DNA of 64,000 nucleotides, taken from Histomonas meleagridis 2922-C6/04-290x (lineage: Eukaryota; Protista; Parabasalia). Every line of letters starts with the position of its first letter. Position 1 is the stretch's first letter. A program made the translations under genes and the position numbers. Of the stretch, positions 33,976-43,746 are shown piece after piece. Location: contig JAANOX010000278.1 of NCBI GenBank assembly GCA_020184695.1, positions 186,001 through 250,000 on the forward strand. Reading direction: 5' to 3'. The notes under the pieces were generated by a model. The model was given only the letters and a program-made list of their open reading frames with translations. It did no database searches and was not told where the DNA came from.

Positions 33976-35388
33976 TTATATCTCTTGGATAAACTCAACA
34001 GGATACATATGCTCTAAAGGTTCCAAAATGATTTGAGCATATTTTGCAATTTCTTTATCCTCACTTGTTTGCAAATAATCAAATGTTTCCAAAACCTGTA
34101 ATCTCAGCTCTTCCATTTCCTGGATATTATCATTTTCTTGGAAGAAGTTTAGATTTGGTCCAGACTTATCCAAAGTATAAAAAGTAATTTTCATGATAGG
34201 CCTCAAATACTCATTATAAGCTTCTTTAGCTTCATCAGCAAAAAAGCATAACAACATATTAATAAGATTATATCTCAAAAGATGGAAGAATCCTTGAATA
34301 GGACAATATTCACAAAAAGAAGCAATTGCCCAATAAGCTTCTTCTTTAATTCTAAAAGTTCCGGTCTCTGTCATTTTGAAAATTGCTTGAACAATATTTT
34401 CGTTTTCCATATGATATATAATTGATTCTTCATCATCATATTTTTCTAATTCCGCAAGTTTTGCAGAAAGTCTAATTCCAGAAATTATAACTTTTTCACA
34501 TTCGCTCGAAAAAGAACAGTGGATGATTGGAAAGATATCATTTAAATTAATTAATGATGTTTTTTTAATTACAACTGATATTGTTTTCGCTATTGCTATT
34601 GATAAATCATTCATACTAAGAATTAAACTTATTCGATCTATTATGGGACGACTATACTGTGTACACATTGGAGTGGACTTTTTATACACTTTCCGTAAGC
34701 CTGTTAAAAATTTGATTATGATTTCTTGATCATCTGACGCAAATACATTTTCAATAAAATCATTAAATTCAACATCTTTTGAATCCTCTGCAGATTCAAT
34801 AGGTGGGATAACAGATGTGGTAGTGTAATCGTAAAAATCATCATTAAAACTATTTGTAATTTCAAAAAATATATTAACAACTATATTGAGATATTGAGGT
34901 ACATCAGAGAAAAAAATCAAAAAGTAAAGTGCTCCTTCATCAAGAAAAGTTTTCGATCCTAAACAGCCTGAGAAATGTATTAATTTTAAAAATTGTTCAA
35001 ATGAGTTTGGAATATATTTAATAAGGGTTTTGAAGATTCCGAATGAGATAAGTGATTTGGCATTATGTGGAATTAGATGGTCTAAAAATTGTAATGGTTC
35101 ATCAAATGAATTGGAATTAACTTGTTCATTGAAATATTGAAGAAATTTTGTAATAAAATCATTATCAAAGATTGGAAGTTCATTTCCAAACTTCGTATGG
35201 AGAGAATTCAAAATGGAAGGCGGATCTTGAAAATTATTGATAATATTGGGAGGTACTTTTGCAAAAGGAACTATGGGTTGAGATAGCTCTTTCTCAATGT
35301 GTTTCTTTCGGTGTATATCCATGAGACTTGCCTTTCGTTGGTTTGAACTTTGTTTGCAATTTTTCTTGTAGTTCATCAAAATGTCCAA
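33976..35388 (-). CDS. Importin-alpha-like ARM-repeat protein
   Basis: Basic IBB-like N-terminus (RKASLMDIHRKK) and TGTFRIKEEAYWAIASF ARM motif. Confidence 0.6.
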   Translation of the reverse strand: MDILMNYKKNCKQSSNQRKASLMDIHRKKHIEKELSQPIVPFAKVPPNIINNFQDPPSILNSLHTKFGNELPIFDNDFITKFLQYFNEQVNSNSFDEPLQFLDHLIPHNAKSLISFGIFKTLIKYIPNSFEQFLKLIHFSGCLGSKTFLDEGALYFLIFFSDVPQYLNIVVNIFFEITNSFNDDFYDYTTTSVIPPIESAEDSKDVEFNDFIENVFASDDQEIIIKFLTGLRKVYKKSTPMCTQYSRPIIDRISLILSMNDLSIAIAKTISVVIKKTSLINLNDIFPIIHCSFSSECEKVIISGIRLSAKLAELEKYDDEESIIYHMENENIVQAIFKMTETGTFRIKEEAYWAIASFCEYCPIQGFFHLLRYNLINMLLCFFADEAKEAYNEYLRPIMKITFYTLDKSGPNLNFFQENDNIQEMEELRLQVLETFDYLQTSEDKEIAKYAQIILEPLEHMYPVEFIQEI

Positions 35389-35740
35389 ATAAAATTTTTT
35401 TAAAACGTACTAAACAAATTTTCACGCAAGAATACAAATATTTTAAATAAAAACAAAAAATGTTCGAATGATCATTCAGAAAAAAAATTATTGAAAAATG
35501 TTCATTTTTATAAAGAAAAAGACATTGTAAGGTACCTTTGGGTGATTCATATGTTAACTTAAAAAATTAATTTTGAAAATTGGGAAATTAATTCAATGAT
35601 TGAAGAAAAACACTATTTTGATGTTTAAATACAAAAAGGAATCATCTCTTCCATAAGGCCGATAATATTGTTTACTATTTATTTACTTGAAGATTGATCC
35701 AACTAACAAATTTTTAATTCACTTAAAGAAAAAAATATTT

Positions 35741-36439
35741 TTATTTTAACAACTTTTTATTCTTCTTTATAATATAATTAATGTCATCTGATTTCTCAAT
35801 TATCCTTTTTTCTCTTATCAAAAATATTCCTTTTCTATCACATTCTGGAAGAAAATTGAAGTTAATTCCATTTTGGAACAAAATTTCATTTTTATCAGAA
35901 AATGATAAATCGGAAATTGATGAAATCGTATTTTTTGTGTTACGTTTAAGAACAATTTCAGTGTACATATCAATACAATTATCTCGAACGTCAATTTGTT
36001 TTGTCTTCAAAAACTGAAATACAGACTTCCTTCGAGAGATGAGCGTAATTTCCCCATTAAAATACATGGGATATTGCATTTGAATATCTGGGAAAAAAAT
36101 TGACCAATAAAAAATTGTAGAAGATGTAAAAAGAGATATGAGATTTGTCAAAATTTTGTCTCTTCTTCTGTTGAATATGTCTGAATTTCTATTGAATATG
36201 AATGTAAATTCATCTTTAAATAGAAATGCTAATTCAACATCAGCAAAATCTTCCATAACATGTCTAGCAGATTTTGAAAAAAGTTTAACAAGTCTTAAAT
36301 CAGTTGGAAATTTCAAAAAATGATCAGAGCAGAATTTTTGATAATTTGTGCAACTAACAGAAACAACTAAGTAGGTTTCGTGAAGGAGGATTTCTTCTGC
36401 TTCGAATTGTTTCACATATTCGAAACGAGAATTTACCAT
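35741..36439 (-). CDS. THG1: tRNA-His guanylyltransferase Thg1-like (divergent)
   Basis: MVNSRFEYVKQFE, FPTDLR and FKDEFTFIF match the Thg1 family, but RxDG is replaced by SVSC. Confidence 0.8.
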   Translation of the reverse strand: MVNSRFEYVKQFEAEEILLHETYLVVSVSCTNYQKFCSDHFLKFPTDLRLVKLFSKSARHVMEDFADVELAFLFKDEFTFIFNRNSDIFNRRRDKILTNLISLFTSSTIFYWSIFFPDIQMQYPMYFNGEITLISRRKSVFQFLKTKQIDVRDNCIDMYTEIVLKRNTKNTISSISDLSFSDKNEILFQNGINFNFLPECDRKGIFLIREKRIIEKSDDINYIIKKNKKLLK

Positions 36440-36450
36440 CCTGCTTAAAA

Positions 36451-37317
36451 ATGGTATTCAGTAGCATTGGACCACCCCGAACATTCAGTGCTTATCTGGT
36501 CGATTTGGAAATGGGAGAAGAATATGCAAGTCAACAAACACATTATGTAACAATTCCAACCCACTACAAATTTGAAGAAAAAGGAGTTATTAGACGTGCA
36601 GCACTTGGGTTACTAAGTCTTGTTGAAGATCCTGAAATTGATAAACCAATGATGTTATCATCTCTTAAAAGCTCCCGAAAATATAAATTCCTAGAGGACA
36701 ACTGTGTTACCCTTGAAGGAGGATATCGTCTTTGCAGGTCCACAAGATATTTTCCTGTTGATTCAAATAAATATTATTGGGAATTTGACTTTATTCCATC
36801 GCCTGAACTCGACAGTCACGTTAGATTTGGAATTGCTACTGTCAAAGCTGACATGGAAACACCAGTAGGTTTTGATTCCGAAGGATATTCTGTTCGTGAT
36901 TTAGGTGGTGCTTTTCACAAAAGACATAAAACGGGGTCTCCTCCTTTCCCACCAAATAGCACAGTTGGGTTTGGTATATTTTCTAATGAAAATGGTTTTG
37001 TACTTCAAATGTTTATTAATGGCTTTGATCAAGGAATTATTTTCGAAAACATTGATTTAGAGAAACATTGGATTCCATCACTATCTATTTATAAGAGTGC
37101 TACAGTTCGCGCAAGGTTTTCAAGGCCATTCAAATTTGATCCAGGTCTTGATTGGAAAGATGCAATTCAAGTTCCAAAGCCAATAACAAATTGTCAAATC
37201 ACTGCAGATGAACTGATATATGTGATGCATCACGCGTTGCCTGGAAATGAGAAACAAAAAATTTTATATACTGCTTGTTCACAAGCTTTGACACCTGAAT
37301 ACGAAATGCCAATATAG
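36451..37317 (+). CDS. SPRY-domain protein, Ash2L/Bre2-like (COMPASS subunit)
   Basis: GYRLCRST, YYWEF, HVRFGIAT, PVGFD..GYSVRD match the Ash2 SPRY pattern. Confidence 0.7.
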   Translation: MVFSSIGPPRTFSAYLVDLEMGEEYASQQTHYVTIPTHYKFEEKGVIRRAALGLLSLVEDPEIDKPMMLSSLKSSRKYKFLEDNCVTLEGGYRLCRSTRYFPVDSNKYYWEFDFIPSPELDSHVRFGIATVKADMETPVGFDSEGYSVRDLGGAFHKRHKTGSPPFPPNSTVGFGIFSNENGFVLQMFINGFDQGIIFENIDLEKHWIPSLSIYKSATVRARFSRPFKFDPGLDWKDAIQVPKPITNCQITADELIYVMHHALPGNEKQKILYTACSQALTPEYEMPI

Positions 37318-38206
37318 TTTTGTTTATAATCGAATAAATAAAAGTATTACTTAGAAAATTTTGTTCTGTTTTTAGAAATAAAAACATCAACAGCCATATT
37401 TTATTTACAAGGAGATGTTAACATGTTAAACATGATATGTGGCTTTAATATTGGAGCAAACTTAATCCGAATATTGATGAAAGTGGTATTAAAGAGTAAG
37501 AAAGAGACCAAAGCATAAAGTGTATATATGTCCAGTACTACATCTATAGTTATAATTATCTATTGGAGAACTACAGTTGAAATATGAGTTCGTGTTTTTA
37601 ATATGTTTTTTCATTATTTAATTCACTGAATTATTTGAATCGAATAATAATATAACTAATGAACAATATATCCATCAATACATGAATGATCAGAACTATT
37701 TTTAGAAGTTTATCAACATATTATAATTATAGGTAAGAATGATTTTTTTGCAATTTTAATATAAATGTCTTTAACCTATAATTTTTTTTAAAATATGTGG
37801 AAAAATGTTAATATTTTGAACTATATAATCTACATTTTCGTTCTAAAATATTAAGATGCAAAAATGTCTCTGATACTTGTATTTCGCGCATTATGGATTT
37901 TTATCAAGTCTTGCTGACATTCCTATTTGCCAATGATATTAGTTCCAATTATTAATTCACAAAAAATTATTCAACTCAGTTTCTGTTTAACTTTAAATGA
38001 AAAAATTAGAACAACTAATTTTTCTGATACTATGATACATTTTTTCGATACATAAACACTTTATCAGAGAATATCATTAATAATTTGATAATCAAAATTC
38101 AAAATATAAATATAAAAATGTAAATCCATAATTATAATAAAAATTGATGCCACGTTCCATTAACATACGTTTATTTTAACGTGCTTTTAACAAGGAGTTC
38201 ACTTCA

Positions 38207-39019
38207 ATGAGGCAAACAACACTTAACTTTATGGTTGATGGTGATTCAAAGCCTAAAAAGAAGGTTGACCCTATTGAGCCTGAAGAACCCATTGATGAAG
38301 GACCAATAAATTATGATAATATATTTAATTCAGTTGAAGATTTTAAAAAATGTCTTGAACCATCCTGGCGGAGGGTTTTATCTGGTGAATTCACCAAGCC
38401 TTACTTCAGTAAACTACTTCAAACACTTCGTCAAGATAATCGTCAAATGTTTCCTCCCAAGCCAGATATTCTCAATGCCTTCAAATATTGTCCCTTCAAC
38501 AATGTTAAAGTTGTAATTGTTGGACAAGATCCATATCATGAAGAAAATCAAGCGCATGGACTTTCTTTTTCAGTACGTAAAGGCGTGCCTATTCCTAAAA
38601 GCCTTCAAAACATATACAAAGAGCTATCAGATGAGTATGGGGATGAATTCACGCGACCAAACCATGGATGTTTAGAGAGTTGGGCCAAGCAAGGAGTATT
38701 ACTCCTCAACGCAACGCTAACTGTCGCTGCGCATGATGCAAACTCGCACAGTAAGTATGGGTGGTCCAACTTCACAAATGCAGCAATTCAAGCTGTAAAC
38801 GAAAAATCAAACGGGGTTGTGTTCATCGCATGGGGAGGAAATGCAAAGAGCGTTTGTAAGTGCGTAAATAAGAAAAAACATTGTTTACTTGAATCTGGAC
38901 ATCCTTCACCATTATCAGTGAAATACTTTTTGGGGTGCGGCCACTTCAAGGCAGCCAACAAGTGGCTGCTAGATCATGGAAAAGCGCCTATAAGGTGGAA
39001 CTCTGTGAATGATGAGTAA
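38207..39019 (+). CDS. UNG: Uracil-DNA glycosylase family 1
   Basis: GQDPYH, AHGLSFSV, GVLLLN and HPSPLS motifs; PIP-box-like N-terminus (RQTTLNF). Confidence 0.97.
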   Translation: MRQTTLNFMVDGDSKPKKKVDPIEPEEPIDEGPINYDNIFNSVEDFKKCLEPSWRRVLSGEFTKPYFSKLLQTLRQDNRQMFPPKPDILNAFKYCPFNNVKVVIVGQDPYHEENQAHGLSFSVRKGVPIPKSLQNIYKELSDEYGDEFTRPNHGCLESWAKQGVLLLNATLTVAAHDANSHSKYGWSNFTNAAIQAVNEKSNGVVFIAWGGNAKSVCKCVNKKKHCLLESGHPSPLSVKYFLGCGHFKAANKWLLDHGKAPIRWNSVNDE

Positions 39020-39512
39020 ATATTCGAATTTGTCTTTTAACTTAGTTTTTAACTATGTCGCGCTGGATGTTTAGATATGAATTTTGAGAACACTGCAGTA
39101 GATGAAAATATAAAATTCACATGATTTCCTTTATTATTAATCTGAAAAAATATTTAATATTCAATTAATGCAATAAATTGACCAAATTTTTTTGAAAAAT
39201 TGATGTATTTTGATGATACATAATATTTGAAATTAACTTAAAGTGTATATTGTTATGTATATATTTATTTAGAATTTCATGGAAAAGATGTTGAGAAATT
39301 TGAATTTTTTGTTTTAGGTGTCAGTTTTTCACGGCTAATCAGTACCATTGCGCCAAAAATATTCTCGAAGATATATGGCCACATTTTTTTTTAATTCATC
39401 GACTTCGAAAAATACGCAAGAATTTCCTGTTTCCTCTAATTTTCTATAGCTGAAGTTCCTATCGTTTGTAAACGGTTTCCGATAATCCTATCGCTTACAC
39501 AAATCTGACATT

Positions 39513-42500
39513 TTGCTTATGGAAAACGAAGCCGTTGATCCAACAAATCCCTTAACGATAGGAGAAAAATCAGGAGGCACACCTATCGATATGGAAATAT
39601 TACATAGCTTGGAAAGAATTATATTCAATTTATCTGAAGAAAATTTAATGTTATCCGTTCAACAGACGATGAAATTATTTGACAATAACTTTTCATATTC
39701 ATTAAATATAGCAATAAGTAATTTAGTTTATTGTGCATTTTGTTCTCAAAAAAATTCATTTGACATGTATTTATGTTATTTGAAATCAATTCAAACGAAA
39801 GAAGACGAAATAACAAAAACAAAAGTTAATCCAACAATTATTGAAGTTTTTGTGAATTATATATCAGAAATTGAAGTACAAGAAGCATATTATCTTATTG
39901 AAAAATTTATCGACTTAAATTTAGCAGATGAAAATATTGCTAATAATAATCATTCACTCTATTTTTCACATCGTAATCAAGTAACGCCAAACAAAAATCG
40001 CAATAATTCTAATAATTTTAATAACCCAAGATGGAATAATAATCATTTCGATGATGATTATGATGATTTGATTGAAGATGAAATCTCAAGTGATGATGAT
40101 TCAGATAATAGTTTTGATGATTATTCATATCATAATTCATATGAAGATCCAATTGAGAAATCTTTTTATGATAATTATGAAGAACTTTCAAAGAATGATT
40201 TTGAACTTCATAAGAGATATGTTAAAGAAGGAGTTAATCCAAGTGAAATAGCAAAAATCCTTCGAAATGATGAAATAGAAAATCTTCAAGATTTAACATC
40301 ACAACCGAATTTTGATTTTAATCAGAAAATTGAGCCATCACTTTATGAAAGATGTTCATATATAAATCAACAAGACATTTTACTTATTAATTATGCCGCA
40401 TTTTTCGGATCAGCTCAATGTTTTAAATATTTATTAATGAATGGATCCAAGTTAAAAAACACAGGAAAATATGCAATTGCAGGTGGAAATCATGAAATAA
40501 TTCATTTATGTGAACAAAATCATGCAACTTTTAAAGGTTCTTATGAAACAGCAATTAAGTTTCATCGAAATGAAATCTTTTATTATCTATATGAAAATGA
40601 ATTAGATAAATTAGATAATAATGATCAACAAAATCCTTCAATGTTAGGAAATAGACCAAATATTCCAATGTTTCCAAATCGAAGGAATTTTTTGAACTTT
40701 AATCATGGAGTTAATATGAATCATTATTATGCAATGCATAATCCACATACATTAAAGCCTACAAATGATGAAATAAAACCAAAAAACTTAAATAAGTTTA
40801 ATAATATATGTATTAATAGTGGAAATTATGAAATACTTTCATTCTTAGAAGAAGAAGGAATGAAAATAAATGAAAGTTCAATAATTGATTCGGCAAGAAT
40901 AGGAAATTTATTCCTTTTAAAGCATTTCCTTTCAAATAATAATAAAATACCGAAAAATATTTTAGTGGTTTCTTTGAAATCTGGAAATCCAGAAATAGTA
41001 AAATATGTTTTGGAATTAAAAGGAATTGATATAAATGTTAAAAATATTAATTTGTTTTTATATAATGTTTGATTTCATGATTTGAAGTTTGAGTTTTTGA
41101 TATGGAATTTATTTGTTATATTTAAAACTGCTTTAATTTTAGCTACTGAAAAAAATCATTATAAAATAGTGAAAGAGTTTATTAAAAAAGATGAAACAGA
41201 TATAAATGCTAAAGATGTTTATTGATATTATCAGATGTTTCTTTTGGTAATTTAATGTTTTATATTGTTGTTTGGAGTTTTTTGGTTATATTTAAAACAG
41301 CATTAATGATTGCTGCTGAAAATAATTATATTGATATAGTTAAATTACTTCTTGAACAAGAAAGAATTGATGTAAATGTTAAATCGAATATTTATTGATA
41401 ATGTTTAAAGTATAATTTCATAAAATGATGTTTCATAATGTTATTTGGAATTGAATCAAATGATTTCTAACAGCATTAATGATTGCAATCGAAAACTTTT
41501 ATGCTGAAATAGTTAAATTACTTCTTGATAATGGAAAAGTTGATATTAATGCAAAAGATAATGTTGATTTGTTTCGTTTAGAGCTTTTTTAGTTATTTTA
41601 TGGTTTTAATTTAAAATTTGGTAATTATTCAAAGTATTTCAAACAGCATTAATGATTGCAATAGGAAATGGTAATATTGATATAGTTAAATTACTTCTTA
41701 ATCAAAAAGGAATTGATGTTAATGCTAAAGATAATATTAAACATGTTTATTTAGAGATCATTTTGATGATTTTTTATTTAAACTTAATATTTAGGAATTA
41801 TTCATGTTATTTTATACAGCTCTTTTAAAAGCAATCGAAAAAGGTTATATAGAAATAGTTAAATTACTTATCGAACAAGAAGGAATTGATATTAATAACA
41901 AAGACAATGTAAAATTATAATATTACGAATTTTTTCTTATGATTTAATGTATAAAGATAATATTTAAAAATTATTTGGAATATTTGTGTCAGCTTTTATT
42001 TTAGCAGCTGAAAAAGGTAATTTTGAAATAATTAAATTGTTATTAGCAAAAGAAGGAATTGATATTAATGCTAAAGATGTTTTTTTGTTTTAATTAGATT
42101 TTCTTTTATTGTTTTAATATTCAAAAATCATGTTTGAAAATTATTTAAATCATTTAGAACAGCACTTATAAATGCATCTGAAAAAGGTAAAACAGAAATA
42201 GTTAAATTACTTCTTGAACAAAAAGATATTGATGTTAATGCTAAAGACATAAATTTTGTTTATTTATTGTTTATTTTGATAATACAATATTCAAAAATAA
42301 TATTTGGAAATCATATATAATATTTGTTACATCACTTCTGATTGCATCTAATAAAGGTCACTTAGATATAGTTAAATTACTTCTCGAACAAAAAGGTATT
42401 GATATTAATGCTAAAGATATTTATAAATCTTCTTTAAAGTTATTTTTAACAATTTAATATATCAAAATAATATTTGGAATTTATTCAATTTGTTTAATAC

Positions 42501-43574
42501 AACACTAATTAATTCATCTTTATATGGTAAAACAGAAATTGTTAAATTACTTCTTGAACTAGAAGGAATTGATATCAATGCTAAAAATGTTTATATTTTT
42601 TGTTTAATGATATTTTACAATATGATTTGGAATTTAATTTAATTGTTTAAAACAGCACTTATTTTAGCAATAGAAAAAGGTCATATAGAAATAGTTAAGT
42701 TACTTCTTGAGCAAAATGGAATTGATATTAATGTTAAAGATGATTATATATTTTATTTAAAGTTGTTTTTAATGATTTAATTTTTTGATAGAATATTTGG
42801 AATTTATTCAAATTATTTAATACAATTCTTATGATTGCATCTTCATGTAAACAAAATGATATTGTTAAATTACTTATTCATAAAGCAGGAATTGATATCA
42901 ATGCTAAAAATGTTTATGTTTTTCGTTTAATGATATTTTGCAATTTGATTTGGAGTTTAATTAAAATGTTTGAAACTGCATTAATATATGCAACCGAAAA
43001 AGGTAATACAGAAATAGTTAAATTGCTTTTAGAACAAGAGGGAATTGATATTAATTCGAAATCGAATATATATTTTATTTATATAGAGTTTGATTAATTA
43101 ATTTTATATTTCATTTTAATATTTGGTAATTGATCAAAGTATTTCAAACAGCATTAATGATTGCAATAGAAAATGATTATATTGAAATTGTTAAATTACT
43201 TCTTAAACAAAAAGGAATTGATATTAATGCTAAAGATAATATTAAACATGTTTATTTAGAGATCATTTTGATGATTCTTTATTTCAAAATATTATTTGGA
43301 ATTTGTTCATATTATTTAATACATCTCTAATTATTGCAACTGAAAGAGGACGTACAGAAATAGTTAAATTACTTATTGAACAAGAAGGAATTGATATTAA
43401 TAACAAAGATAATGTAAATTTATGTTGTAAAGAATTTGTTTATAAAATATTTTATTTCAAAATATTACTTAGAATTTACTTCAATTATTTAGAACAGCAT
43501 ATATGTATGCATCTCGTTTTGGTAAATCAGAAATAGCTAAATTGTTAGAAAAATATGCAAACAATTCTAAATAA
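39513..43574 (+). CDS. DUF3447-type ankyrin-repeat protein; 1024 codons after removal of 58 short inserts
   Basis: LLINYAAFFGSAQCFKYLL domain, then fourteen stop-free 90-nt blocks (TALxxA..EIVKLLLEQEGIDINAKD) and a terminal block ending at TAA 43572-43574. 4062 nt minus 987 nt gives 1025 codons including the stop. Confidence 0.85.
41046..43493 (+). other. Array of 58 inserts (57 x 17 nt, 1 x 18 nt) separating single-codon microexons in 15 ankyrin loops
   Basis: Spacer lengths are 81,80,83,83,83,83,80,80,80,63,80,63,83,83,83, i.e. 4 or 5 codons plus 3 or 4 x 17 nt. Inserts begin with a purine in 56/58 and end TT in 48/58. Confidence 0.9.
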
Positions 43575-43746
43575 AATATTATTAATTAAATAAATATTTT
43601 TTTAAATTATATAATTTCAAAAAAAAAGTCACAATTACCATAATAATTCTTCACATTGCAAAAGTATTTTATAATGAATTTTGTTTCATTTAAAACAATG
43701 ATTCAATAACAAACGATAAAAACCGTTGCTGCTCTTAGCGATACAA

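Noticed and set aside
37882-37889. E2F-like TTTCGCGC site upstream of UNG
   Set aside because: Single 8-mer about 320 nt from the ATG, too weak without enrichment data.
41046-43493. Ankyrin spacers as single GT-AG spliceosomal introns
   Set aside because: Many spacers lack a 5' GT and there is no ACTAAC branch motif. Using the AG of ACAG creates a stop (GAT CAT TAA), and whole-spacer removal would delete the conserved loop Gly.
41046-43493. CRISPR-like array (regular repeat/spacer look)
   Set aside because: The 'repeats' are protein-coding ankyrin blocks with synonymous variation, the genome is eukaryotic and no cas genes are present.
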